A stretch of 64,000 bases of DNA from Sminthopsis crassicaudata (taxonomy: Eukaryota): NCBI RefSeq assembly GCF_048593235.1, contig NC_133619.1, forward strand, positions 75,034,454 to 75,098,453. The letters are read 5' to 3'. The notes under the pieces were generated by a model that was given only the letters and a program-made list of their open reading frames with translations, did not search any database and was not told where the DNA came from. This document shows, piece after piece, positions 25,378 to 37,970 of the stretch. A program made the translations under genes and the position numbers. Each line of letters begins with the position of its first letter. The first letter of the stretch is position 1.

Positions 25378-27427
25378 TTTAAATCCTATTGAGATGTTGG
25401 TGGAATTTCTAGGGAGTTGTTTGGTACATGGAGATTAAATTTCTTGCCCAGAGTCACATAACATTTATTTGTCAGAGATAGAATTGAGCCCACTTTCCTT
25501 GATTGTAGCTCCCTATACACTACTTTACTTAGCCTTTTTTTTTTTTTTAATTAATCTTCCAAAATAATCTCTAATGGGAATAATCCAATGACAAGAACAA
25601 CTGAATTTGCAATTTTAGTGGATGGAACTGGATCATGGTTCTATTACTTTTTACTTTATGAACTTGAGCAAGTCATTCCTCCCCACTGAATCCAGTTTCT
25701 CAACTGAAAAATCAGAATTAGATTAGATAAGATAGTTGTCTTTAAGATCAAATTTCACTCTTCTTTCACACCCTGGATTTCATTTTATTTTTCCATGCAC
25801 TCTTTCCCTCTTTTATCTCTTTGCTATTATCCAAGTTTCTATTTAATTAGCCAATAATTCTTATTGAGAAATTGTTATATATTCAGCTCTTTGTCAGGTA
25901 GAGTGGGAAAATATAAAGTAAGTCTGATGTAATCCATGCCTTCAAGTAGCTTAAAATTCATTTGATGACAGAAGAAAAACACATATGAAAGGATAACAAA
26001 CAATACAATACACTACAATTGATAATTAAGCACTAAATGATGCCATATAGACTATTAGCACCATAATCATTTTATGCAGAATTGGAATAACAGAAGAAAC
26101 CATGAAAGAGAAGGAACTTGGCTTGGGCCTTAAAAGCTGGGTAGGTTTAAGGAAGATTAAAGAGTGAATAAGAAGGTAGTTGTAGGCCAGGTCGTTGAGG
26201 TTGGAGACTGAAAGGAAAAAATGAGACAATTAAAGCCTTTAATAGTTAATAAAAAGAGACTTCTTTAAGGATAAAACATACTAGCATGATAAATGTGAAA
26301 ATATGTTTAGAAGAATTACATATGTTTAATCTACATTGGATTATTTGCTGTCTAGGAGAAGGGGGAGGGAAAGAGAAAATTTTGGAAGACTTGGTTTTCC
26401 AAGGGTGTATGTTGAAAACCAACTTTGCATGTATTTTGAAAAATAAAAAGCTTTTTTTTTTTTTAAAAGGATAAAGCAAACTAATCAATAAACAATAATC
26501 AATAATCAAATAAAATGCTCATTCAGGTAAATGCAACCTCCCTTTTCTCCATACAGATGCATCTAAGCATTAGAATATGATGAGACAGTAGGACCTCCAC
26601 TAAATTTAATGGGCCTTTCTTCTATCCTTAAGTAACTAAGAAGTCACACCAATAACTCAAGCCTTAGTCCCCTGGATTGAATCTTGGGTACATAATTTCC
26701 TTGTCTTTTAAGAGAAAAAAAATTAGTCTAGTCTCCATAGTAAGGTCCCAAGTAGATATGCTGCTACCACAGAGAGCATCCTGGGAAATAGATTCCTTCA
26801 GAAGAGGCAATTTGGTGATATAGCAATTAGAGAGATGGACCTGGACTAAGGAAGACCTGCATCCAAATCCTGCCTCCAACACTTACTAGTTGTAATATCC
26901 AGGGCAAGTCACTTATCCTCTGTCTGCCTTAATTTCCTCAACTATGAAATGAAAATAATAATAATAGCTTAGGATTGTGGTGAGGATCAAATGAGATAAT
27001 ATTTGTAAAGCACTAAGAACTATGCATGGTACATAGTAGGCCTCTTTCCTTCTTTTATTTCTCTTCTTCCATTGGTAGGACATCAAGCACTGACTACTTT
27101 GTAGGCTAAATAGGAGAAATTCCTCTTGATTGATAAACTCTCAAAAATTAACCATTAAAAATAATTTAGAAAAAAAATAATTTAGAGTTTTTAGAGTAAA
27201 AAATTTTGATTCCCACCATTTCTTTATTTAAGTAATACAATAAGAGCTACAATATTTCCCTTGTCCTATTCCCTTTTCTAAACCTGTCATTTCTATACCA
27301 CCTATCTCCAATGACCTCCAAAGCACTTATGTCTGCAATGATATAAGCCTCGAATGCACCAGAGAGAATGGCAGCAATGCATACAATGAATGGCACTGAT
27401 AATATAGAGTGAGGGGAAAAAAGGGAA

Positions 27428-27508
27428 GAAATCCCCTTACTGGCCACATTCAGCGGCTTTTGTGCTGCTATTGCAAACCTAGCAAAAGCCCTGTGGGGTA
27501 TATATATA
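27428..27508 (+). promoter_or_regulatory. Gamma-crystallin proximal promoter, gene 2
   Basis: AAATCCCCTTAC, SOX CTTTTGT (27457-27463), divergent MARE TGCAAACCTAGCA (27472-27484), TATA (27499-27508). Confidence 0.85.
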
Positions 27509-27565
27509 GGAGGACCCATCACAGCCAACTACTTCACTGATTTGTGCATCTCCAGGGCATCAAAC

Positions 27566-28393
27566 ATGGGAAAGGTGAGTGAAGAATATGGGTCGGTTAA
27601 CTTGCTTTATTGAAATGTGTTTTTTGATTGATTCTTTTTATTGAATGACATTTTCTTGGTGCAGATCATCTTCTATGAGGATCCAAATTTCCAGGGCCGT
27701 TACTATGAGTGCAGCAGTGACCACCCCAATCTTCAATCTTACTTCAGCCGCTGCAACTCTGTGAGGGTCGACAGTGGAAGTTGGATGATCTATGAATACC
27801 CCAATTACTCAGGCTGTCAGTACTACCTGAGGAGGGGCGAGTATCCTAACTATCGAGAGTGGATGGGCTTCAATGACTCCATCAGATCTTGTCGCAATAT
27901 CCCTCAAGTATGTACTACCTCATCTTGATTTGTAAAGAAAAAGATACAGTTGGTACAGATAAATATATGTAATAGGCTATTTGCTTGAGTAGTCAAAAGT
28001 GTAAAATAATCATTAGAAATTTGACAATTTAGACCAAATTCCAAGGTCAGCATGTTCTGATATATGAAAATATTTATCAATCATGTTTATGCCAGACTGG
28101 CTTCAAGGACCAAAATGATTCCATAGGGAACCCTAGAGGAAAAAAAAATACATTTTTGAAGGAATTCAATTCATAGAATCACAGAATTTCAGAATTAGAA
28201 GGGACCTATTGGCCAAATAATACAATTTATATATGAAAATAATTCCTACTATCTCATTCCTAATAAGTGGTTTTCTAGCCTTTACTAGAGGACTTCCAAA
28301 GGCTTAACTGACAAAAAAATTTCCATATTTGAATAATCCTATCGTAGTATATTTATATTGCAAAATCCAATAATCATGTGGAAGATATATATT

Positions 28394-28447
<54 letters not shown>

Positions 28448-29725
28448 TGTGTATATGTGTACATATTTTAAAATGTATACATATATAAAACCTGAGGGTC
28501 TTCCCCTCCTAGATTTATTTATCTATCTATCTATTTATATATTTATTTTCTTTTTTGGATTATGTGAAAGAGGAGATTTTTTTTTTACCTTAATTGCTAC
28601 CTAGCTTTAATCACTGAATTGGATGTGGCCTCAGCCACTGTTGTTGCAGTTCTAGCTTAAAAAGGCCAAGGTCTCCCATTGCATCCAAGCCATCTCCAGT
28701 CATCCTGATCTATATCTTGCCACTGGACTCAGATGGCTCTGGCGAGGAAAGTGAGGCAGATCACCTTGCACAGTCCATTCCCATTTAAAGTCATTTCACT
28801 TGCATGTCATAGCATCACCTCCTTGATATCATGTTCCTCTTCAAGAACAAAAGACAAACATCAACCTCTGAGTCAAGCCATATGAGAAAGAATCTAATTC
28901 AACTCCAAAAGCATTCATTTAGTATTGGCTATGTGCAAGGCAAAGATAATGCAAAGTAATGCAAAGACAAATGTGAAATAGTTATAGAGTCATAAATTTA
29001 AAGCTAAAAATATAACTTAGAGTCTACCAAGTCTAACCCTCTCATTTTGCAGATGAGGAAGTACAGAGAAGATTAGTGACTTACCATCTCTTAGAGAGCT
29101 TAAAAGATTATAGAAATAGAGAGGATAATTCTATATAATGTTGATATTTTTAAACTAGTCACCTAGCCTATAGGCCAATTAAGTTATGTCATGCTTTTAT
29201 TTTATATATATATATATTTTAATTTTCAGAGTTTTTTTTTATCATTGAACTTGAATACATGTAATACTGTTCTGTAGGATCACTGGATTCTATATAAGCA
29301 TATATAGAATATATAGTCCAAATATGGACTCTATTTTATTGTATATTAAGCCAGTGTCCATTTGGGAAGGCCAGGAAATGCATAAAATAGTTCTAACTGA
29401 AAGATGTTTAATAATTTATTTTTCCATTCTCTTGTGTGTATCAAACCAGCTGACCAGTTCTCACAGGATAAGGCTGTATGAAAGAGACAACTACAAAGGC
29501 CTAATAGCAGAGCTCACCGATGATTGCCATTGCATCCAGGATCGATTCCATCGCAGTGAAATCTACTCCCTTAACGTGCTAGAGGGCTGCTGGATTCTCT
29601 ATGAAATGTCCAACTACCGGGGAAAACAGTACCTGCTGAGACCAGGAGAGTACCGTACCTTCCAAGACTGGGGAAGCATGAATGCCAAAGTGGGCTCATT
29701 TAAAAGAGTTGTGGATTTTTGTTGA
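27566..29725 (+). CDS. Gamma-crystallin gene 2 (175 aa; extra paralog, D-like exon 2 and A-like exon 3). Exons 27566-27574, 27665-27907, 29450-29725
   Basis: MGK / [16 protein letters not shown]...SCRNIPQ / [13 protein letters not shown]...KRVVDFC*. Canonical splice sites and an intact frame. No one-to-one eutherian name. Confidence 0.92.
28396..28439. repeat. (TA)22 microsatellite in gene 2 intron 2
   Basis: Direct reading. Confidence 0.95.
28620..28865 (+). mobile_element. RTE-related SINE / RTE 3' end in gene 2 intron 2
   Basis: aaaaaggccaaggtctcccattgcatcc..ccatctccagtcatcctgatctatatcttgccactgga..catcacctccttgatatcatgttcctcttcaagaa. Confidence 0.7.
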
Positions 29726-29756
29726 GATGCAATGTCTCTAAATTTATTTCAGAGTG

Positions 29757-29762
29757 AATAAA
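29757..29762 (+). terminator. Polyadenylation signal, gene 2
   Basis: AATAAA 31 nt after the stop codon. Confidence 0.8.
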
Positions 29763-30859
29763 ATAATTACCTTGCATGTCTGGCACTTCGCTCACCTTTT
29801 TTTGCTTTGTTCATATGATTAAGGCTTTCTTAAAGTGTCTAAAGGAATTACGTGAATATTTATTTTTGTAACCCAGAAGTTTTGTTAGGCATCTAAATTA
29901 CTTAGATCCCCTTGTCCTTCAGTAAATCTGTGATTTCATTTGTGCAGTTACTCTCTCCACTGATGTAAACAGCAATCTCTCTATATCTTCTCATTCTAGG
30001 TAACTCTTAGGTAGAAATTTCCTATAAATCCTGCACAGATAATTTATCCAAAGCATTAGAATCCTTCCTGTTATTCAACATCTCACAGGGCTAGGTATTA
30101 ATATGCTACTTGAGATGTCTCTCTGTTGTAAGTCATTCTCACTACATAGCTTCCCCATTACCTTTTCTGATCATATAGGACTTGGGCAATGTCTTTTATA
30201 CTTCTAATCATGTGTAAACTGATAGGTTTAAGAGTAGCTAAACAGAAGAAGCAGGGTTTCATGGATTTTACTAGTGTAAGATGAGACCTCACTTAGGGGT
30301 AACTGATTTGTAAAATCAACTGCTTAGAGAAATGAAAGGAAGGGAAGAGTGAAGTCAGAGATACCCAGCCTAGTCCCTTGAATATAATAGGACCTCAGCA
30401 AATGTTCATTGTATTTGAATTTATTTAATTAGTATATATTGATCTTGAGTGAGTTGTGGACTCAAAGTTTAAACCTTCAAGTTTTAAGTATAAATATAAT
30501 TAACTGACAGAAAGAATGGCTTTCTTTTCTATGGTCATGTTTTATAAGATAGAATGCTAAATCAAGAGAACTTAAAGTCAGGAAGATGTAAGTTCAAAAT
30601 ATCCCTCAAATATTTCCTAGCTATATGAAACTGGAAAAGTCACTTACCCTCTGTCAGCCTCAGTTTCATTATTTGTAAAAATGAGATAACAATAACACTT
30701 ACCTCACAGAGTTGTCTCAGGACCAAATGAGATAACATGTACTTTGCTTTGCAAAACTTACAGCACTATGTAGATGCTATTATCATTGTTATTACTGTGC
30801 AATACTTAAAAACACAGGAAGATTTAGAACTAATGATGTTCCTAATTACTAATAATAAA

Positions 30860-31480
30860 AAATGTAACACACACACACACAATCTTGCAGTTTCACCTTA
30901 CACTCTGAAAATCAGCAAAAATGACCCCCAAAATGGCAACAATCAATTTTGGAGTAGAAAGATAGACACACTAATACATTGTTGGTGGAGCTATGAAACA
31001 GCACAACAATTTTGGAAAGAAATTTTGAATTATACAAATAAAATGATTCAAAGGTCCATACTCCTTGAACTCCATTATTGGGCTTATACCTCAAGGAAGA
31101 AATAAGAAAAAAGTCCCTTTATATTCCAAATTAGTTCTAGCATCACTTTTTGTGATAGTTAAGAATCAGAAATAAAGTAGATACCTATCAACTGAAGAAT
31201 AATTAAACAAATTGTAGTATATGAATATAATGGAATATTACTGTCCTGTAAGAAATCATGTATGGGGGCAGCAAGGTGGGCACAGTGGATAGAACACCAG
31301 CTTTGGATTCAAGAGATCCTGACTTCAAATGCGATTTCAGACATGACACTTAATAATGCTGGGCAACTCACTTAATCCCAATTGCCTTGCTGAAAGAAAG
31401 GAAGAAATGTGTGATTAATTCAGAGAAGCATGGGAAGATTGATATGATATAGAGCAAGCAGAAGCGAGAAAAGAATATAT
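30860..31480 (+). mobile_element. Old L1 ORF2-end fragment interrupted by a SINE (about 31264-31405)
   Basis: ORF 30737-31105 contains TLIHCWWSYE..QQFWK, the L1 cysteine-rich domain. The SINE starts gggggcagc. Confidence 0.75.
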
Positions 31481-33580
31481 AGAACTTTGTTGTTGTTTTG
31501 ACTCTTATGGAATCCCTTTTCAGGATTTCCTGCCAAAAAATATTGGAGTCGTTTGTCATTTTCTTCTCTAGCTCATTTTACAGATTTACAAACTAAGGTA
31601 AACAAGGCTAAGTGACTTGCCCTGGTCACACAACTAGTAAGTTTCTGAGGCAAGAATTGAATTCAGTTCTTTCTGATTACAGGTCCAGTGTGCTATCCAC
31701 TGTGCCACCTACTACAGCAATGTAAATGGAAAAAATAATCATATCAAAAAACAAAAATAAATACCACAAAAGTATAAAGATTAAACTAGATTCGAATGAG
31801 GAGATATGAGAAGATAACCTCAACCCACTCCTTTATAGAAGGTCCATAAATGTTACACATTGCACATTTTTCAGTTTTTTTTTTAATGTATCAATCAGTT
31901 CTGCTGATTTTTTTTCCTCTCTAAAAGTTATTATTTGTTGTATGGTATGGGGGGGGAAAGATATTTGAGATAACTATAGTGATAAAAAAAGAAAGAAAAT
32001 GTAATTAAAATTTTTTTTTAAAAAGAAATTAATGATAACCAGATAAACTATTTTTCATTAATTATTTTACTATTTTTAACTTTTCCCATTCTTTGTTCTT
32101 ATTCCCAAAGATCTTATTCATACTTTAATTAAAATGCTTCTTTAATAATACATACACCAAATTATTCATAGCAGCACTTTTTTGTGAGCATTGGAAACAT
32201 AGTAGATGCCTATCAATTGGGAAATGGCTGCACAGATGACAACATATGAAATGGTTAACCTCTCTGAGTCTTTTCTCCCATCTGTGAAATGATCACAGAA
32301 GTTCTTTCACCTTGCACCTCATGGAATTGGGGGGGGGGGAAATCACTTTATTAACTTGTAGAATTATATAAATGGTATATTACTACATTATAATGACAAA
32401 TATGAAGAATCAGAGAAACAAGAAGTTAGATGAACTAATGCAGCATGGAGAAAGTAGAATCAGAAATAGAATGTGTATAAGTGGTGCAACAATGTAAACA
32501 GAAAGAAAATAAAACAATGTAAAGAGAAAGAATAATAAAAGAAAGTGAATTCTGTGCAGTTATAATGATCTAGCTTGGCTTAATAAGAATTCCCTTTTTT
32601 GTAGAAGCAAAGAACCATGAGTCTGTGTTAGACACAGTTTATGCCTTATTTTGCTGAACTGCCTTTTTCATTTTGTTTTTAACTTTTGTTATAAAGAAAG
32701 GTTTCCTATAGGAAATGACAATACATTCAAAAATGAAAGCGAGGCAAAAACAGGAACTATCAATAAGAATAAGATAATGTATATAACCCAAAATACTTAT
32801 TTTTAATTTAGATTGTACTTCTTAACTAAGAGTAAAAATAATCCTTCCTGGAAATGGGCATAACTTTGAGCTTCAAGCATCTGACTATCAAGAATACTTG
32901 CAGTTCCTTACAACTCTGGCCACAGAACCACTTAATAGTACGATTCCTGTGATTGCTACCCTCTACTATTTGCCATATAGTATGGCTCTCTGGGAGGAGG
33001 GCAGGGGAAAGATATTTGAGATAACTATGATGTTATAAAAAATAGAAAATATCATTTAAATCTATTTTTAAAAAAAGAATAAATGATAATCTGATAAATT
33101 ATGTCTCACTAATTATTTTACTGTATTCAACTTCTCCCATGCTTTGCTTTTATTCACACTTCAATTAAAATGTTTTTTTAATTATACAATTCATTAAATT
33201 ATTCATGGCAGCATCTTTTTTGTGAACATTGGAAATATAGCAGATGCTTATCAGTTGGGAAACTAATTCCCCACCAATTTTAACTGCCATCTATTTCAGA
33301 GCTACTTTTTTCAGCTCTTGGTGCAGAAATTCAAAGAGAAAAACAGTTAGACAGCATGTATGTAAAACCATAGGACCCTATGACTATCTTTCTGATAAAA
33401 AGAACATCAGTATCCCCTAGCATCTGGTGGTGAAAGTCCTACTAGCACTAGCATTTATACAAGCACATTCTTAGGAAAAGGAAAAAGTTTAGAGAGTGTT
33501 TGTCCTTAAGGACACAGCATTTTCTGACTTCAGAGCTAGATGTTATAACTCCTCAATGGGATATTTAAATATTGGGTATT

Positions 33581-33830
33581 GAGAGGCAGCTAAATGGTTC
33601 CGTGGGTAGAGCACTGGGCTAGGAATCAGGAAGAGCTGTGTTTAAATCCAGCCTTAGACGTATATTACCTGTTTGATCCTGGGCAAGTCACTTAACCCCC
33701 TGTTGCCTTAATCCACTGGAGAAGGAAATGGCACCCACTCTAGTATCTTTGGCGGGAAAACCCTATGAACCCTATTGTCCATGGGAACATGAAAAGTTGG
33801 ATACAACTAAACAACAAAAAACAACAGAAC
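33581..33830 (+). mobile_element. Mar1-type SINE with RTE tail
   Basis: gaggcagctaaatggttccgtgggtagagcac..ctggagaaggaaatggcacccactctagtatcttt..gatacaactaaacaac. Confidence 0.8.
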
Positions 33831-34375
33831 AATTGGATGTTATGAACACATGCACAAGGAATATGCTGAGGAATCCTGATTATTATATACCTCACCTGTA
33901 TTGCTTAATCATGTGCCCAAGTCTCACTTGGCCATTCATATAACTCTACAAGTTAATAAAGTAATTTTTCCCACAATTCTATGAGGTACCAAGTGAAAGA
34001 AGACTCAGAGAGATTAAGTAACCCCCTGGTCTTCATATGGACCTTACATTTTTAAAAAAAAATTCACTAAGTTCTTTATATACCTTCATATGATGATCCC
34101 ATTCCTTGGCCTATATCCTAGGAAAGGAAGAAAAGAAACAAACATTTATCTATGCCTACTGTGAGGAATAGCGATAAGGTGAAGAACTTACAAGAATATG
34201 TGAATTCTTTTTCTGTATTTTATTTTCATTATTTCTGTGTTTCCTCTATGACCTGTACAATATGTGCAGGTTCATATTTACTTGAGCCTTGACCAGCTAT
34301 AATCATATTTACTTGACCTGAAATGATGACATTTATCATTATTCAATGTTATCAATATTTAGACTATTAGTTGAA

Positions 34376-34707
34376 TGTTGTTAGCTTAGTAATCTAAATT
34401 TTGAAGGTCTGTTGATACCCATGTCTAACATTCAATTAAGGGGAGAGGGCACCTATTTCTCAACTTAGCAACAACCAATTAGATGCCTCCCCCTCCCCTT
34501 CTCAATGCTCTCTTACTTGTGATGTAATTTCTTGTATAAAAATTATGTATCTTTACTACTTCTTTAGCCCTCCTACTGCGAGCCTTCTCTTTCTTATCTC
34601 TCAATGGGACGGCTCATCCTCCGGAGGTTTTCAATAAACAACTCTTCTGCCTTCTACTGAGTGATCTCTGAGTAGTCATTTTGGGTAAGGGTCTTCTATG
34701 TCCCTCA
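34376..34707 (+). mobile_element. Solo LTR-like element
   Basis: TG...CA ends, with CCAAT (about 34476), TATAAAA (about 34536) and AATAAA (34633-34638) in U3-R-U5 order. Confidence 0.6.
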
Positions 34708-34829
34708 CTCTACTATTGTATCAGACACTGTGCTTACAAATAAATATCTCATTTGATCCTCCCAATAACTCTAGGAAATGAATGGGACAGGGAGAAAACA
34801 TCATATATCAAATTTAACAAGGTCAAAAT

Positions 34830-35730
34830 AGAACTCAGAAAACTTTCTTTCTTCCACAAATCTAACCATCTTCAATTTCTGTCAAAGGAACCAACATCCT
34901 CCCACTCTCCCAGATTTTTAATTTCAGCATTATCCTTAATTCATCATTCTCTCTTACCATACATATCTAATCATCTATTAAATCTCACTATTTTTTTCCT
35001 CCAAAGATATGGATGCCCCAAAGATAACCCCTGGTCCTTAATTGTCAACTAATAATGTCTTCCAGATGCTTTGATCATAACCTTGAGAGGATATCCTTTC
35101 CTGTTGAATCAAAGGCTCCTATTATCGCCTCCAGGATTGGATGATTTTGTAAAAATCTAAGATAAACTGAGTTGCCTTTGAGATAAAATATGTCCATAAC
35201 ACTGAAAGTACCTTTTACTAATTCCTTTGGACTCCCTCTTTGGACCCTTGACAAATTTTTGGGCTTGAATCATACTTGACCAGGAAATGCTAGTTTTGAT
35301 TAGTGTTCTCTATTTTTACCTGCTTTAATTGTGGATTTCTAGCAATCTTCTCTGTGCTCACCCAGTTACCATATTAATTCAGGTCCTAATCCACTCTTGC
35401 TTGGAAAACTGTAACTTCCAAACTGGTCTCCCTTTCTTAAAGGTTTTCCCCCATGCAATCTATTTTCCACACTGCTGCCAAAGCAATTTTCAAAAGTACA
35501 GAACTCACCTTTTTTCAGTAAATTTCTTTCTGTTTTCTCTAAGACAAAATATAAATTCCCCTGTTTGCCTTTTAAAGCCTTTCACAATCTGGCCCCAATA
35601 TTTCTTTCCAAGATTATTACACATTATTTTTCTTCTAGATCTTTTTGATACATCCCAAATGGCTTTCCTTCATTCCTCACATGAAACTTCATTTCCTATC
35701 TCCATACCTTTGTATTAAATCTTCCCCATG
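34830..35730 (+). mobile_element. L2 LINE fragments split by an unrelated insert (about 35050-35310)
   Basis: L2-type text: atccttaattcatcattctctct, ctaatccactcttgcttggaaaactgtaac, ttccacactgctgccaaag. Confidence 0.65.
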
Positions 35731-37970
35731 TTGCATAGGGCCTTTGGGCAAAAAAAATCTCTGAAGTCAGAGAGAATCTCTGAGGATTTAACTGCATTAA
35801 CACCCTGGGAAATGTAGTTCAGTTTCTCAGATAGTACATTCTTACCAACTCAGGAAGAGATGGCCACTCACATGTACTTTGGACCAGAATGAATAGGATT
35901 ATACTTGCCTGGGCAACCAATGAATGAAGATCAATGTGGGAATGATTACAGAATACAGAAATGGAAGGTTTCTATAAATGGAAATCAACTTTAAAAGTTG
36001 AGTAGCAGAAGTGTTACTTGCTCCCTGTTTCACTAATCTTAAGAAATTGTCTGAAAATTTACTGACTGTCCTACTCCAAGACACTACTGGAGAGTTGACA
36101 AATTCACTTACTATCTTCCTCTGCTTTGTTACATATGGTCTTAAGTGTTCTCTATTCTCTTAAATAATTTACATGTAGTTTGGATAGAGTTTTAAATTTT
36201 TTTGCTTAGGAAAAAGTTAAGATCAAACCTTAATTACCTTCTTAATGTATGTCATGCATAGAAAGCATGGATGGAGGGTCAGGGGAGTCAGTGACTATTT
36301 GAATACACTGAATTTAATAGATGAGAGATTATATCTTTACTGGCATCTAAGGGTCACAGCTTTGAGGGTTCTGTGTTTCTACAATTTTTACTAATAATCT
36401 AATAAGCTTTAAAATAAAGAATCAATTTAGGTTGTGGGCCAAAATTTACTTCTGAGTTTAAATAGGGGGTTAATCTTTTTGTTTGCAGCAACCTGAATCA
36501 CATTAATTCTGGAATAGTATCACCACCTAGAGGTGGTCAGAGAAAGGGAAGGGATGAAATGAAAAAGAAGCAGTGGTCAAAGAGAAATCTCTGCCCAAAA
36601 CTTATGCTGAAGAAGGAGATAGACATAGAAATAGTCTGGCAATCTGTTCCTTCTTTTTCCATTAGGAATAAATTAAAGTCCTTAGACAAACTCTTCTGTC
36701 CACAGTGACACCTGCTGTTTACATCTGGAGCACATTCTACTTAATAGAATTCATTTCTTCCTCCAACGTGAAGCTGGTGAACCACTTTCTACCTGACTTC
36801 TTTTCTGATTTCCATAACTGCTGGTGCCTTCCCTCTTTTTCTTATATTTAATGATTTTGCATTTATTCTCTTTATACTTATTTTTCAATCACTCTCACTA
36901 TAGTGAGGGTTGTTAAAATATTTTAATTATCATCAGCATCTTCATCATCATTGTCATCATTATCCATTTATATAACTGGTTGTAATAACTCTGTAAAGAA
37001 GCTAATACAAATTTTATTTTATTCTTTTTTAAATGCAGAAACTGAACCTCATGTGTGACTTGCCAAGGGTCATACAGTTAAATCATAGAATTATTGATTT
37101 AATACAGAATATGACTTTAGGCATCACCTCATCCAGCAGAATCATATTATAGATGGAGAAACTGAGGCCCAGAGAGGACTGGTCCAAGTCATTTAAACAG
37201 TAAGGAACAGAGCTAGTTCTCAAAGCTAGGTCGTTTGACTATAAACCTTGTGGTCTTTCCGTTACACCACACTGCCTTTCAGTATCTTGTTTTAATATCT
37301 AGCTAAAAGCATCATTCAATTGGAAATTTTAATGTAGGGGGTGCAAGGATTCAGAAGGAAAGAGAAAGAGTTATGTAATGCAGATTTCTTTAGTTGAGAT
37401 AAGATATGAGCAGAATACCAAAGTGGTTTTGAATCATCAAAAGATAGTATGGAACTTGGTGGAAAGCAATGGGAAGGAAGTGAGAGATGGGGGCAAAAAA
37501 CATGGTAGAAAGAGAGTAAAGATAAATTTTTATCAACTTGGCAAATTTGTCTAAATGAGTTCTGATAGCAAACATAATTGTCATAGTAATTATAATAGCA
37601 ATTATACGAATTAAAGAATCTCATACTTTTCAAATCAGAGATCTTATTCAATCTCTCTCCTACAGGACATTATATTATGATCATTTTAAAATTATGATTA
37701 AAAACTCCATAGTCCAGGGTAAATAATCTGCTTAGCTCAGTCACAGTTAGAAATTTAGTTGTACAGAATATTCCATAGAGGGAAGTCATGGGACAGAACT
37801 ATCTCATTCTTTCTCTTCTCCTAAATATAATTATTCTGAGTGGAAACCCCTCTCACTTCAAAAGCAACAACAGTGTTAGTGAATTAGGACAATTCGAACT
37901 CGCCAGAAAGAGTGAAAGGGAAACATTCAATGATTCCCCCTGACCACGATCACAGAAAAGAAAAGAACAC

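Noticed and set aside
29324-29449. In-frame upstream extension of the gene 2 exon-3 ORF (MDSILLY...); similar extensions at 27641, 40035, 50405, 62483
   Set aside because: Intronic read-through upstream of canonical acceptors; no promoter evidence for internal starts.
36519-36540. Palindrome accacct-ag-aggtggt, superficially CTCF-like
   Set aside because: Several core mismatches; a 7-bp stem is expected by chance.
30000-37800. Search for a hidden crystallin pseudogene in the intergenic intervals
   Set aside because: No MGK exon, Greek-key remnant or SOX/MARE/TATA module seen by eye. A TBLASTN would be needed to exclude a highly decayed copy.
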